In this document: positions 223,283 to 234,359 of the stretch, in pieces | How positions within the stretch are numbered: the first letter of the stretch is position 1 | How the letters are laid out: every line of letters begins with the position of its first letter | From: Hyalangium minutum | Lineage (GTDB): Bacteria; Myxococcota; Myxococcia; Myxococcales; Myxococcaceae | Direction of reading: 5' to 3' | DNA: 248,000 nt | Assembly: GCF_000737315.1 (NCBI RefSeq) | Contig: NZ_JMCB01000002.1 | Location: 20,001 to 268,000 of the forward strand | Position numbers and translations under genes: made by a program | The notes under the pieces: generated by a model | Told to the model about the DNA's origin: nothing | Seen by the model: the letters and a program-made list of their open reading frames with translations, nothing else | The model's database searches: none

Positions 223283-224182
223283 ATGGCTCCGAACTCTCAT
223301 CCGCTCGTCACCATGTTTGAGCGGTTTGTCGTCTTCCAGCAGCCACACCTGGAGATCGGGCGGCGCTATATCCAGGCGTTTGGGTTGGCCAAGGGAGTCA
223401 ATGCCATCGTCGAGGACATGAACGAGGGGCGCCTGCCTTGGGACAAGGCCCAGAAGGTCCTGGCGCAGATGCATTACCTCTTCATCGAGTCCATCGTCCG
223501 GCGGGTGGGCTTCGAGCGCTTCAGTGATGTGCTCAAGGAGCCGGAGTACCTGGCCATGCAGGCGCAGAGCGTCGCGAGCGAGCAGCAGCGCCATGGCCCC
223601 TTCCCAGAAGATCGCTATGCCCGAGCGATCGAGTCGTTCGCCTGGAACTCCCTGCGCCACTGGCACTTCGTGGCGCAAGACCTTGGGGGCCGCCACATCT
223701 ATGAAATCACTCCCCGGCTTGCCCAGGTGCTGCGCCGGCCTCCTCCCCTGGAGGAGCCTTGGAGAAGGCCTCGGCTCCCCGTGCCCTCCTTGCTTCTCAT
223801 TGTCCCCGAAGAGGCGAAGCTCACCATCACCCTGAAAGGCTTCACCTCCCGGGAGGTCACCGAGATCTACGTTGTCGAGTCATCGCCGCCGCAGCACCAG
223901 TGGGCTGTGTGGATCCACGCTCCCATCGACGACTCCCTCAGTGAATCTGTGTATCTCGAGCTCCCGTTCTCCGCGGAGGGCACCCTCGAGGAGGGCCTCG
224001 ACCGCGCGCACGACATGTTCCAGAAGGACTCGCCGTCGATCGACGGCTGGAAGGAGTGCGTGCGCTGGCTCGCCGCCGCCATGCGCTACCTGGACCAGGG
224101 GGGGGCCCGCATGGAGTTCCAGCCCGGGGAGAGTGATCCTTCGCGCCGCGTCCTCATCGGCGACTCGGAGGCCATTCAATAG
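223283..224182 (+). CDS. hypothetical protein
   Basis: ORF with RBS. Confidence 0.5.
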   Translation: MAPNSHPLVTMFERFVVFQQPHLEIGRRYIQAFGLAKGVNAIVEDMNEGRLPWDKAQKVLAQMHYLFIESIVRRVGFERFSDVLKEPEYLAMQAQSVASEQQRHGPFPEDRYARAIESFAWNSLRHWHFVAQDLGGRHIYEITPRLAQVLRRPPPLEEPWRRPRLPVPSLLLIVPEEAKLTITLKGFTSREVTEIYVVESSPPQHQWAVWIHAPIDDSLSESVYLELPFSAEGTLEEGLDRAHDMFQKDSPSIDGWKECVRWLAAAMRYLDQGGARMEFQPGESDPSRRVLIGDSEAIQ

Positions 224183-224191
224183 GAGAGGGAC

Positions 224192-227100
224192 TCACGGGGC
224201 CTTGGCCACCGGGATCATCTCCTCGCGGCGCAGCAGGAGCAGCGCGTCGTTCTTCGGCAGGATTCGCACCTGGAAGCGCCGCCGGTACTCATCCTCCGGT
224301 GTGAAGACGCCCCGGTCACTCACCAGCAGCAGCGCCGTGGGCACGACGTACCGCTGGGAGCGGTTACCGTAGTAGTGCACCACCACGTGATACGGCCCCG
224401 GTGCCGCTTTGCGCGCGTGGTACAGCTCCGGCCCCAATCCATCCGTGATGTCCCAGAAGAGCTTGCCGCCCAGCTGCGTCGTCCGGTGGGAGTAGAAGCA
224501 GCGCTCCCCGTTGGGCTCGATCACCCAGAGGTCGATGTCCGTGTTGTCCGAGTTCCAGTGCGTGGTGAGCTGGTAGTCGATCGGCTGGAAGTCCATGGCC
224601 ACTCCGTCTTGCTGGAGCTTCGCCAGCTCGGCTTGCCGGGCGCGCAGCACGCTCGCGATACCCTCCGCACGCGGGTGCCGGGCCAGGCCGTTGAGCATGC
224701 GGGCGTAGTGGTAGGCCGCCGCCGTCCTCAGCTCCGAAGGGTGCCGCGGCCAGTTGCGCGCCAGGACGATCTCGTAGTTGCGCGCCGCCTCCGAGTAGCG
224801 GCCTGTCGCGTCCAGCGCCAGCGCCTCCTCGAGGAACGCCTGGGCTTCGAAGGGCCGGTTGAGCCGCACATGCTCGAAGAGCTCCGCCGCCGCCGGGTAC
224901 TGGCCCAGCGCCAACATGCCGTAGCCCACCAGGCGCAGCGCCTCGGCGTCCGTTGGCCGCAGCTCCACCGGTGAGGAGAGCGCCCGCACCGCGCCCCAGG
225001 TGTCTCCCACGAAGGCCCGCTTGCGCGCGATGGCTTCGTACACGAGCACGTCATCCCGGTTCTCGCGCCGCGCCGTCCGGTACTGCAGCTCCGCCTGGAG
225101 GCGCTCGTCCCCTCCCGCGTAGGGCTCGTCCTTGAGCGGTTGCTTCCGCAACATCGCTCCCAGCTGGCTCTTGAGCTCGCTCAGCTTACGCACCACCTGC
225201 CGGCCCGAGTCCGGTACGTCATCCAGGGCGATACCCAGCAGCTTGTCGCGCCGCTGATCCTCTTCCTTCCTGCGCAGCCCCTCCAGGTCCTGCAGGTCCA
225301 CCTGCTCGTTCTTCACGGAGTAGCGGGTGTAGTCGCCCTCGGACTCCAGCACGAGCATGGAGGCTCGCGCGTTGGCCAGCCGGTAGTGCTGGCTGAGCGC
225401 CACCACCATCCGGTCCAGCCGTTCGTCATCCAGTGAGACGAGCCGCGACACGAAGAGCTCCGCCCACGCCCGGGGCGCGAAGCTGCTGTCCGTGTCGCGC
225501 GGCAGCGGCACGCGCAGCACGCGCTCTTGCTCGCCCACGCGGGTCACCACTTCCAGCTCCGCCGCGCCTTCGCCCGGCAGCCGCCCCGCCACCTGTAGCT
225601 CCTGGCCCGGGAAGACGAGCCGCGGACGGCCCGCCACCACCAGATCCTTCACTGCCGTGCCCTTCACCTCCACACGTGCCAGCACGACCGAGGCTGCACG
225701 GTGTGCCAGGGCCGCCGCGTCCACCTCCAAGCCGGACAGCACGTTCACCACGCGGCCGTCGCTGGCACGCGCCAGCGCGTCGAACAGCTCCTGGTTCACC
225801 GCCGACTCGCCGAAGCGGTAGGTCATCCACCGCAGCGTCTCCACGCTCGGGTGGTTGGCCACCAGCGCCTCCACGCGCCCCTGGCCCCAGGTGGTGAGGC
225901 CGTCCGAGAGCAGGAACGCCGTCACCCGCTCCCCCGCTTTGGCCGGCTTGAGCCAGTCGCCTCCCGCATGGTCCAGCTCCTCCAGCATTCCGTCCACGTG
226001 CGAGGCCCCCTCCAGGAAGATGTTCTCCAGCTCGGAGAACGTCTGCTGGCGGTGCTCGACGTCGTTGGGCCGCCAGCCCGGGCTGTGGAGCCAGCGCGGG
226101 CGCACGTCGAACAGCAGCACCGCGTACTCCTTCAGCGAGTCATCCTTCTCCAGCAGGGCTCGCAGCGTGGCGGCCTGGAGCGCCCAGGCGTTGCCGTCGT
226201 CCGCTGACAGCGAGGTGTCCACCACCAGCACCGCACGTCCCGTGGGAGGGCCCCCCTCCCCCGAGGTCAGCTTCTCGGGCAGCCGCACCCGCGCGTAGAA
226301 GGCCTGTCCCGGAAGCCCCGCCGCGTCCTTGCCCACCAGCACGTCCGCGTCCGCGTTCCGTGGCGCCAGTGCCACCGCCAGCGTGCCGTCTCCCTGAAGC
226401 TTGGGCAGATCATGCGCCTGCCAGGGGCCCAGCGTCCGAGGCTTCCCCGCCGGAGTGGGCTGCACCGACACCTCGCCTACCTGCCGCGGATCCACGTGCA
226501 CGCGCGCGGAGACCTGCACCCCTTGTCCTGCTCCCGGAGGCAGCGGCCACGTATAGCGCAGGCGCTGGCCGTCGAAGAGCAGCGTCTGCTCGTAGGCGAT
226601 GACGACCCGCTTGAGCGACTTGGGCGGCAGCGGGAACACCCTCGCGCTGAACGTCGAGGCCCCCGCCCACTCCAGCAGCGCCGGATCCACGTTGCGGCGG
226701 ACCACGTCCTCGTAGACCTCCCGGGCTCGCTTCTGCTCGACGACGCGGGCCTCCTGGCGCTCGCCCCAAGAGCGCTTCGCACCAGCAGGACTCGGAGGGG
226801 CTGCGGAGGCCAGCTCTTCCTCCTTGCCCGAACTGTCGCCCAGCGAGGGCAGCAGCTCGGATGACTGGAAGAGCGAGGGAGAGTCCACCGCCACCGAGCC
226901 CGAGTAGAGCGCGAAGCCCGCCACCGTCGCTCCTCCGGGCAGCGGGTAGAAGAAGGTCCCCTCCAGGCTGCGGGCCGTGTCGTTCTCGAAGAGGTGGTCC
227001 ACCACCGTCCGCGCCCGGGAGCCCTGGATGTACGTCACCACCCGCACTGCGCGCAGCTTGAGCGGCGCGTAGCGTCCGGACTCGTTCGTCACCAGCACCT

Positions 227101-227764
227101 TGGCCGTGCGCGGCGCGGCCTCTACCTTCGGAAGCACCGGCGTGGGGAGCGTGTCCTCCTTGCCGCCCTTGGCCTTCTTCGCGGGCTCCGGCGCGTTTCC
227201 GCCACCTGAGCTCATTCCGAAGAGCTCACCGCTTGTGGCGTTCCTCGCGGGAGCCATTCTCGCTCCTGCAGGGGCTGAGGCCCGGGGAGGAGGCGGAGGA
227301 GGCGGAGCGCTGGGAGCTGGCGCTACGGCGCCACCGAGCACACCGCCAACGACTCCGCCCACAACGCCTCCGACAACTCCTCCTTCCACTCCGTCCTCGG
227401 CCGGCGCGCTCCTCTCCGCCATCGGCTCGCCGGGAGCCTCGTGTTCCGCGGGGGCGGGGCGTGGGCGTGCCGCCTCCTCGAGCTTGGCGACCTGCTCTTC
227501 GGTAATGACCTGCGGATCCGCCACGGAGTCCCGCAGCTCCGCGAGGTCCACGGCTCCTGTGTCCGCGGCCGCGAGTACGGCCTCGGGAGCTGCCAGCCCT
227601 GCCTTCTTGAAGCGCTCCACCTCTTCCTTCGATGCCGTGGCTGCCGGGGACGCCGGCTGCGACGGAGGCGTGGGAGGCTTGGGCTCACCGGGTGTGCTAC
227701 GGGTGCAGCCCGAGAGAAGGAGCCACGTCGACAGCAGGAGGGCCGAGGCGCGCGTCAGGTGCAT
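224192..227764 (-). CDS. lipoprotein with VIT, VWA-like, TPR and DUF2135-like domains
   Basis: [23 protein letters not shown]. Confidence 0.75.
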   Translation of the reverse strand: MHLTRASALLLSTWLLLSGCTRSTPGEPKPPTPPSQPASPAATASKEEVERFKKAGLAAPEAVLAAADTGAVDLAELRDSVADPQVITEEQVAKLEEAARPRPAPAEHEAPGEPMAERSAPAEDGVEGGVVGGVVGGVVGGVLGGAVAPAPSAPPPPPPPRASAPAGARMAPARNATSGELFGMSSGGGNAPEPAKKAKGGKEDTLPTPVLPKVEAAPRTAKVLVTNESGRYAPLKLRAVRVVTYIQGSRARTVVDHLFENDTARSLEGTFFYPLPGGATVAGFALYSGSVAVDSPSLFQSSELLPSLGDSSGKEEELASAAPPSPAGAKRSWGERQEARVVEQKRAREVYEDVVRRNVDPALLEWAGASTFSARVFPLPPKSLKRVVIAYEQTLLFDGQRLRYTWPLPPGAGQGVQVSARVHVDPRQVGEVSVQPTPAGKPRTLGPWQAHDLPKLQGDGTLAVALAPRNADADVLVGKDAAGLPGQAFYARVRLPEKLTSGEGGPPTGRAVLVVDTSLSADDGNAWALQAATLRALLEKDDSLKEYAVLLFDVRPRWLHSPGWRPNDVEHRQQTFSELENIFLEGASHVDGMLEELDHAGGDWLKPAKAGERVTAFLLSDGLTTWGQGRVEALVANHPSVETLRWMTYRFGESAVNQELFDALARASDGRVVNVLSGLEVDAAALAHRAASVVLARVEVKGTAVKDLVVAGRPRLVFPGQELQVAGRLPGEGAAELEVVTRVGEQERVLRVPLPRDTDSSFAPRAWAELFVSRLVSLDDERLDRMVVALSQHYRLANARASMLVLESEGDYTRYSVKNEQVDLQDLEGLRRKEEDQRRDKLLGIALDDVPDSGRQVVRKLSELKSQLGAMLRKQPLKDEPYAGGDERLQAELQYRTARRENRDDVLVYEAIARKRAFVGDTWGAVRALSSPVELRPTDAEALRLVGYGMLALGQYPAAAELFEHVRLNRPFEAQAFLEEALALDATGRYSEAARNYEIVLARNWPRHPSELRTAAAYHYARMLNGLARHPRAEGIASVLRARQAELAKLQQDGVAMDFQPIDYQLTTHWNSDNTDIDLWVIEPNGERCFYSHRTTQLGGKLFWDITDGLGPELYHARKAAPGPYHVVVHYYGNRSQRYVVPTALLLVSDRGVFTPEDEYRRRFQVRILPKNDALLLLRREEMIPVAKAP

Positions 227765-227831
227765 GCCCCGGGACGTTAGCCCAAGGTGCCTTGTGTGTGC
227801 GCCGGGGACCTGAGAGGTCCCTGCTCTCGCG

Positions 227832-229094
227832 TCAGTCCACGTTCGCGCTCACGCCACCGTGCTGGAGGCGGAGCTGCTCCAGGTGACGGCGCCGGGCGTC
227901 AGCCGCAGCCAGGTTCCACGCGCCCGCGAGCAGGCCCGTCAGCAGACAGCCCCCCCAGAGGGTGGTGGAGCCAAAACGGCCCAGCACCGTCCCGCCCAGC
228001 GCTGGCGCGAGGCAGGAGGCCACTCCCCAACTCATGGAAAAGACGCCCTGGTAGCTGCCGCGCAGCTGAGGCGAGGCGAGATCCGCCACCACCGAGGAGG
228101 AGACGGTCGCGCCGAGGATCTCCCCCACCGTCCACACGGCCACGGCGAGCATGGCCAGCGGAACGGTGGCGGACAGCGCGTGCAGCCCGAAGCCCAGCCC
228201 GGTGAACACCGCACCCGCCGCGAGCACGGAGGAGCGGCGCCACCGGGTGACGAGGCGCGCCATAATGGGCTGCAGCAGGACGATCAGCACCCCGTTGACG
228301 GCCATGATCGTCCCGTACTCCGTCGTCCGCAGTCCGCGGGCGATCAGGTCCAAGGCGAGCGCCGTGTGGCCCTGGAAGAAGATCAGCGCCACCATGAAGT
228401 TGGGCACCCAGAAGGCCAGGAAGGTCTTGTCCTTGAAGGGGACGGCCGAAGGCAGCAGCGAGCGCGAGGGGGTGAACTGGGGACTGGTCTCCGGGACCTT
228501 GAACCAGACGACGCAGCCGTAGATGAAGGTGGTGAGCGCATCCCCCACGAAGAGCAGCAGGAAGCCGCCCTGGGCCACGAAGCCTCCTAGCGGCAGGGCG
228601 ATGGCGAAGCCCACGTTCACCACCCAGTACAGCAGGCCATAGGCGCGAACCCGATCATTGGGGGCCACCACGTCCGCGACGGCTGCGGATACAGCGGGCC
228701 GGTAGAGATCTCCCAGGAGTCCGGCGGTGAAGGCGGCGATGCGCAGCCACAGGAGCTGCTCGGAGAAGCCCAGGAAGAGCATTCCTCCCGAGGCCAGCCA
228801 GAGCCCCAGCACCAGCGCGATGCGGCGCCCGAACCGGTCCGCGAGCATCCCGCCCACCAAGGAGGACAGCATCGAGCCCGCGCCGAACAGCGCCACGACA
228901 AAGCCAGCCCGCTCCTCCGTGAGGCCCCGCTCGCGCGTCAGGTAGATCGCCAGAAAGGGCACGACGAAGCCGCCCAGCCGGTTCACCAGGGTGCCCACCC
229001 ACAAGACCCAATAGGTGGAGGGCAACCCGCCGACGGTGACACGCAGCTGCTCCACGAGCTTGTGGCGGAGCGTCACGGTGGAAGGGGAGGACAT
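227832..229094 (-). CDS. MFS transporter
   Basis: [11 protein letters not shown]. Confidence 0.92.
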   Translation of the reverse strand: MSSPSTVTLRHKLVEQLRVTVGGLPSTYWVLWVGTLVNRLGGFVVPFLAIYLTRERGLTEERAGFVVALFGAGSMLSSLVGGMLADRFGRRIALVLGLWLASGGMLFLGFSEQLLWLRIAAFTAGLLGDLYRPAVSAAVADVVAPNDRVRAYGLLYWVVNVGFAIALPLGGFVAQGGFLLLFVGDALTTFIYGCVVWFKVPETSPQFTPSRSLLPSAVPFKDKTFLAFWVPNFMVALIFFQGHTALALDLIARGLRTTEYGTIMAVNGVLIVLLQPIMARLVTRWRRSSVLAAGAVFTGLGFGLHALSATVPLAMLAVAVWTVGEILGATVSSSVVADLASPQLRGSYQGVFSMSWGVASCLAPALGGTVLGRFGSTTLWGGCLLTGLLAGAWNLAAADARRRHLEQLRLQHGGVSANVD

Positions 229095-229213
229095 GCTGGC
229101 GCGCAGCATGCGCCAGAGCCCGGCGCTCTCCAAGAGGGGGGTGGGTTCACCCGTGGAGGGCGCCCGGTGCTGCCGTCGGGTGCTGGCTCGTCCCCTCGCT
229201 TGCTGAGCTGGCG

Positions 229214-229810
229214 TCAGCCTTTCACCACGGGCAGGGCCGCGAGCGCGGCGGGGCGCTTCTCCGGAGCGCACATGTTGTTGTCAGCCGGGCGCTTGCCGAA
229301 GAAGAGCTGGTTGCCCTCCACCCTCACGAGGTCGTGGTCCGTGCCGCACGCGGACGTGGGCTGGAAGAACAGGCAGCCCGTGGCTGTCGTCCGCTGCTCC
229401 TCGCCCACCTTCCACGTGCCCGTGCCGCACTTCGCGTTCTGGAACGCGTCCGCCAGCGGCTGCATGTGCGGCGTCATGTAGAGCTCTCCGAAGCCGAAGT
229501 TGCCCTCGGTGGCCCCCGGTACCGCCGCCGAGTCCTTCACCAGCGTGTACGGCCCCTGGACGCGCGCGGTGAACAGCTTCGCCTGGCACTGTGCGTCCCC
229601 GAACGCCTCCAGCCGCAGCGCCCAGGTGTTCTCCGTCAGCGTGAAGTGGCGCTGGATGTAGTTGTTGTTCCCAGCGGGTTCGCACGTGGGGCTGTCCCAG
229701 GCGCCAGCCAGTTCCTGCGGCGTCACCGCTGTCTTGGGCCCCTGCGGGGTGGTGGCGCAGGCGGCGGACAGCGCGGCGAGGGCAGCGAGGAGGCGGAGCG
229801 AGGTCTTCAT
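229214..229810 (-). CDS. APCDD1-like lipoprotein
   Basis: GAWDSPTCE, RHF, FGDAQC...FT...GPY. Confidence 0.55.
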   Translation of the reverse strand: MKTSLRLLAALAALSAACATTPQGPKTAVTPQELAGAWDSPTCEPAGNNNYIQRHFTLTENTWALRLEAFGDAQCQAKLFTARVQGPYTLVKDSAAVPGATEGNFGFGELYMTPHMQPLADAFQNAKCGTGTWKVGEEQRTTATGCLFFQPTSACGTDHDLVRVEGNQLFFGKRPADNNMCAPEKRPAALAALPVVKG

Positions 229811-229932
229811 GGTGTGCTTCCTTTCACGGTGAATCGGGCGCGGCGTGCGTCCCGAACGCTCCAAGAAATGCCTCAGCCTTCGCCCTGCGGAAACGCTGGA
229901 GTTCGCCGGATACCCCTGCGAATCTGCAGGCC

Positions 229933-230907
229933 ATGCCGCATTGGGATGACCTTCGCTACTTCCTGGCCATCGCCCGGGAGGGTTCACTCGCCTCGGCGGG
230001 ACGGGCGCTCCGGGTGGATGCCACCACCGTAGGACGGAGGCTCAGCGTGCTCGAGGAGGGGCTGGGGGCGCGGCTCTTCGACCGGATGCCCGCGGGCTTC
230101 GTGCTCACGGAGGCCGGGCGCAACATCCGCTCCGCCGTAGAGGAGATGGAGGCCGCCGTGCTCGCCGTGGAGCGCAAGGCCAGTGGGGATGACACCCGCT
230201 TGGAGGGCGTGGTGCGCGTCACCATGACCGAGGCCTTCGCCGTGAGCACGTTGCTGCCCCGCTTCGCCCCTTTTCGCGAGCGCCACCCTGGCATCGAGGT
230301 GCAGTTCCTCACCGACTACGGCGCCCTGGACCTCGTCCGGCGCGAGGCGGACATCGCCGTGCGCCTCACCCGTCCCAAGGAAGACACACTGGTGGCTCGC
230401 AAGGTGGGGGAGATCGCCATCGCCCCCTATGCCGCCGAGCGCTACCTGACTCGCAAGGGGCAGCCAGATCCAGCGTCCGGCTTCGCCGGGCACGAGGTCA
230501 TCGGCTACGCGGATGCGGCCTCGAAGTGGCCCGAGGCGCGGTGGGTGGGGGAGGTGGGGGCCTCGGCTCGGGTGGCGGTGCGCTGCAACTCGCTGCTGTC
230601 GGTGGTGGCGGCTGCCGCGGCGGGTGTGGGGATTGGGCTGATGCCGTGTTTCATGGGCGACAGGGATCCGGAGCTGCGCCGGCTGATGCCCCCCGTTTCT
230701 TCCCTGCGGCGCGATATCTGGCTGGTGGTTCACCGCGACTTGCAGCACAACGCGCGTGTGCGTGCCGTGCTTCACTTCCTTGACGAGCTCATCCAGCGTG
230801 AGCGCCCGCTCATCGCGGGAGAGGGGCTTGTCTCGCCCACGTCCGAGCCCGTGGCGCCCTCCCGGCCCCCTGCGGTGGCACGCAAGCCGAGGGCTCGCTC
230901 CGTATGA
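229933..230907 (+). CDS. LysR regulator
   Basis: WDDLRYFLAIAREGS. Confidence 0.92.
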   Translation: MPHWDDLRYFLAIAREGSLASAGRALRVDATTVGRRLSVLEEGLGARLFDRMPAGFVLTEAGRNIRSAVEEMEAAVLAVERKASGDDTRLEGVVRVTMTEAFAVSTLLPRFAPFRERHPGIEVQFLTDYGALDLVRREADIAVRLTRPKEDTLVARKVGEIAIAPYAAERYLTRKGQPDPASGFAGHEVIGYADAASKWPEARWVGEVGASARVAVRCNSLLSVVAAAAAGVGIGLMPCFMGDRDPELRRLMPPVSSLRRDIWLVVHRDLQHNARVRAVLHFLDELIQRERPLIAGEGLVSPTSEPVAPSRPPAVARKPRARSV

Positions 230908-231809
230908 TGGCGGTCATCAGCTTGCTGGGCGTGTGCCTGGTGCTCGGAGTGCTCGCGCGTCGCACAGACCGTTTTCCACCGCAGACGGTCCCGGTGCTCA
231001 ACTCGTTCATCATCGCGGTCGCCTTGCCTGCGCTCGTACTGCGCGTGGTGCACAAGTTGGAGTTCCATGCCGCCCTGCTGGCGGCCGCCGCTTCGCCGTG
231101 GGTCGTCTTCGTGGTGGCGGTCGCGCTGTTCCGCGGCGTGGGGGCTCGTGTGGGGCTGAAGCGGGAGTCCATCGCCGCGCTCGTGCTTACGGGGGGCCTG
231201 AGCAACACCGCCTTCGTGGGCTTGCCCATGGCCGAGGCGCTGCTGGGACGCGAGGGGCTCGCGGTGGCGGTGGTGGTGGATCAGCTCGGGACCTTCCTCG
231301 TGCTGGCCACGCTCGCGACGCTCTTCGCCGCGCGGGCCTCCGCGGGAGAGGGCGAGGCCCTTCGCCCCGCCGCGCTCATGCGCAAGGTGGTGACGTTCCC
231401 ACCGTTCATCGCGCTCGTCCTGGCGTTGGTGCTGCGGCCGCTGCACTTCCCGGAGTGGGTGGACACGGTGCTGGAGCGGCTGGGGTCGACGCTCACGCCG
231501 CTCGCGCTCTTCTCCGTGGGGTTTCAGCTCCAGCTCCGAGGCTTGAGGGCCAGGGCCGGTGGGTTGGCCCTGGGATTGGTCTTCAAGCTGGTGCTGGCGC
231601 CGGCGCTGGTGGTGCTCGCGCTATGGGCCCTGCCGGTGGAGCCCATCGTCCGCAAGGCCACCCTCATGCAGAACGCCATGGCCCCCATGGTCAGCGGTGC
231701 CATCCTGGCCTCCGAGCACAAGCTGGATCCAGAACTCGCCGCGCTCATGGTGGGCTTCGGCATCCCCCTGAGCTTCCTCACCGTGCTGATATGGATGCAG
231801 TGGGTGTGA
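230904..231809 (+). CDS. AEC (auxin efflux carrier) family transporter
   Basis: SNTAFVGLP, AMAP. Confidence 0.88.
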   Translation: MMAVISLLGVCLVLGVLARRTDRFPPQTVPVLNSFIIAVALPALVLRVVHKLEFHAALLAAAASPWVVFVVAVALFRGVGARVGLKRESIAALVLTGGLSNTAFVGLPMAEALLGREGLAVAVVVDQLGTFLVLATLATLFAARASAGEGEALRPAALMRKVVTFPPFIALVLALVLRPLHFPEWVDTVLERLGSTLTPLALFSVGFQLQLRGLRARAGGLALGLVFKLVLAPALVVLALWALPVEPIVRKATLMQNAMAPMVSGAILASEHKLDPELAALMVGFGIPLSFLTVLIWMQWV

Positions 231810-231834
231810 GGACGCGCAATTCGGAAGTCCTATA

Positions 231835-232680
231835 TTGAAAGTGGGGTCTCCCTTGAGAGTGAGCGCCTATTGCCTGTGTGGGCTCTTGGCGGTGGCGTGC
231901 GCCGCGCCGAGCTCGGGGACGGCCTTCCGTGAGCCCACGGACTGTGTGCTCGATGCGCAGCCGGAGGTCATCCCGGTTCCCGAGCCCATCGAAGGTGAGC
232001 TCAACGAGGCGTTCGACTTCCCCGATTCGCCCGGGTGGTGGGCTCCCGCGCCCATAGACCCCGAGCGTGAGCAGTACCGCGCGGCGCTGGTGTCCCGATT
232101 GGGCGGTGGGCAGGGTCTCCAGCCCCGGGCCCTCATGGAACGGCAGCGTGCCGTCCACGTGACGCTCCCAGGCGACCGCGCCCGCGAGGCCGAGAACATC
232201 GACGCTATCCTTCAAGGCAGGGCCGGCACTCTGGGCACGGCCTCCTGTCTGGAGTGGCGTCTCTTCCAGCGTCAGGCGCACCGCTTCCCCATGATCGAGC
232301 GTCCCACGGAGTTCGGTGCCTACGTCCTGCGCGGCCACGGGCGCATTCGCGTCTATCTCTCGGGCGCCGATCGCGTCGGCGGGAAGCTGCGCCATGAAGT
232401 GCGAGACCAGGTCGTCGCCGATGTGGCTCAGGGATTCGCGCCCGTGGCCCACCTCCACAACCACCCGTTCATGTTCGACCGCAAGCCGGGAGACCGGACC
232501 TGGGCCACCGAGGACACCCTCCAGGACATCGCCGGAGCGCTCTCTCCCAGCCTCACCGATGTGCAGGCCTATCGCGGGATGCGCGAGCACTTCGGACTGC
232601 AGGGCGCCTGGGTCACCAACGGGCTCGACACCTCGCGCTTCTCCGCCGCGGACTTCGATCGGCTCTCCGCGTGGCCATGA
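231835..232680 (+). CDS. lipoprotein with JAB/MPN-like motif
   Basis: AVAC lipobox; HNHP...PSLTD. Confidence 0.45.
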   Translation: MKVGSPLRVSAYCLCGLLAVACAAPSSGTAFREPTDCVLDAQPEVIPVPEPIEGELNEAFDFPDSPGWWAPAPIDPEREQYRAALVSRLGGGQGLQPRALMERQRAVHVTLPGDRAREAENIDAILQGRAGTLGTASCLEWRLFQRQAHRFPMIERPTEFGAYVLRGHGRIRVYLSGADRVGGKLRHEVRDQVVADVAQGFAPVAHLHNHPFMFDRKPGDRTWATEDTLQDIAGALSPSLTDVQAYRGMREHFGLQGAWVTNGLDTSRFSAADFDRLSAWP

Positions 232681-232698
232681 ACGCGCCGCCGCGGACGC

Positions 232699-233220
232699 TC
232701 ACGCCAGCTTGCGCGTGAGCTCCACGAACACCGTCTCCCTCGCACCTCGGAGCCTCGGCGGGAAGCGCTTGTCCTCACGGTAGCCCTGGCGCTCCCAGAA
232801 GCGTCGCCCGCCCTCGTTCTGCTCCGCGCAGGCCAGCCGCATCCGCCACGCCCCCTGCGAACGCGCCCAGTCCTCCGCCGCTCGCAGCACGCGCTCGCCC
232901 AGCCCCTTTCCGCGCACGCCCGGCTCGAAGAGCAACAGCCCCAGGTACCACTCGCCCGGCTCTCGGAAGTCCCGCAGCAGATCCAACGCGCCCACCAGCC
233001 TCGGGCGAGGCGTGAAGAGGCCGAAGAAGAACTTGTCCGCGAGCAACTTGCCCGGCGGTAGCTCCTTCAGTTGGTGGCTGGCTTCATCCGGACCGGCTGG
233101 CTGGCCTTCAATGAGCACGTGGTAGTCCGCGCACGCGTCGCACAGCGCCTGGAGGGCCGCCGCGTCCTTCTCATCGAGCCGGCGCACTGTCAGGCCGGTA
233201 TCCGCGGGGATTTGCAGCAC
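232699..233220 (-). CDS. GNAT acetyltransferase
   Basis: RGKGLG, FWERQGY. Confidence 0.88.
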   Translation of the reverse strand: MLQIPADTGLTVRRLDEKDAAALQALCDACADYHVLIEGQPAGPDEASHQLKELPPGKLLADKFFFGLFTPRPRLVGALDLLRDFREPGEWYLGLLLFEPGVRGKGLGERVLRAAEDWARSQGAWRMRLACAEQNEGGRRFWERQGYREDKRFPPRLRGARETVFVELTRKLA

Positions 233221-233327
233221 TCCGCGACTCTCGCACAGGCAACTCGCAGAGGAACAACTTCATCGGGGCGCGAGGGCGTGGTGCCTCCGCCTCGCTCCTC
233301 CCTTCATGTAGGGGAGGAGCCGTGGCT

Positions 233328-233534
233328 CTACGCGTTGGCCGTGGCCGCGTACGTCAGCTCCAGGCCGTTGCCCTTCACCTTCATCCGCGGCCGCGACAGC
233401 CAGTGGCACTTCGGGCAGTAGCTGCTCGCCCCCGCTGGCGTCGCGCGGATCGTCACCTCTCCACCGCACAGCAGGCACCCCTCGGGGAGGGTGAACTCCG
233501 CGAACCGATCACCTTTCAGCTCTGGAATCATCAT
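233328..233534 (-). CDS. small Zn-ribbon protein
   Basis: CLLC...CPKC. Confidence 0.65.
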   Translation of the reverse strand: MMIPELKGDRFAEFTLPEGCLLCGGEVTIRATPAGASSYCPKCHWLSRPRMKVKGNGLELTYAATANA

Positions 233535-233737
233535 GTCTTTGACGTAACGCAGAATTCGCGCATCACAAGTCGACCGTTCACCTTCGCGGCATTGACAGCA
233601 GCCAGCCAGGCGAGCCCTCCTGAAGTCTTTACAGAGGCACTCTCAAGTGTTGCTCCTGCACGCCGCAACCCCTTGAAACCACTGCCCCCGGTTGGCACGC
233701 GTCTTTCAAGCAAAAGCATCCCGAGGGGGAGGGGTGG

Positions 233738-233971
233738 ATGGCGGATATCGATCAAGTGGTGCTGTTCCAGGATCGGCAGGGGTGGAGTGTGAAGGTGCTC
233801 CTGCGCAAGGGGGGCTCCCGGCGCTACCGCTACGCCAGCGAGGCGCAAGCGCGCTACTTCGCCGCCGTGTTCGAGCTCGGGCCGCGGCAGTTGCCGCCCA
233901 CCGCGCAGGTCAGCCGCCGCATGCGACGGAGTGCCTCCTCGGGCGCACTCCCCGTGGACCGGATCGGGTAG
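233738..233971 (+). CDS. small hypothetical protein (paralog of 6872)
   Basis: GWSVKV...EAQARYFA. Confidence 0.6.
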   Translation: MADIDQVVLFQDRQGWSVKVLLRKGGSRRYRYASEAQARYFAAVFELGPRQLPPTAQVSRRMRRSASSGALPVDRIG

Positions 233972-234058
233972 CCCGGCGGCCCGGCCGCCTGGCGGGAGGT
234001 TTCCACTACCCAAGCGGGCACGTTTCGGAGAGGCTGTGTAGGTTCGCAGGAGATCACC

Positions 234059-234340
234059 ATGAGCGACACCTCCAAGCCCTTCGTCCTTCCCTCCCACCGT
234101 GAGCAGGTCACCCTGGAGCCGGATCCGGCTGGCCGCTGGTCCGACAAGTTCCCCGAGATGATTGGCTACAAGAGCCAGGGTGGCGGCAAGGTGCCCGCGG
234201 ACTTCACCTGGCGCACCAATCCCAAGCAGTGGCAGGAGGAGATGACGCCGGAGACGCTGGCCGAGCGCTACGAGAAGCGCCGCGTGCTGCCCGCCGCTCC
234301 CGCCGCTCCCGCGCTGCCTGAGGGCGCCAAGAAGGAGTAG
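234059..234340 (+). CDS. small hypothetical protein
   Basis: ORF with RBS. Confidence 0.55.
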   Translation: MSDTSKPFVLPSHREQVTLEPDPAGRWSDKFPEMIGYKSQGGGKVPADFTWRTNPKQWQEEMTPETLAERYEKRRVLPAAPAAPALPEGAKKE

Positions 234341-234359
234341 GCGCGTCTTTCGAGCCGCT

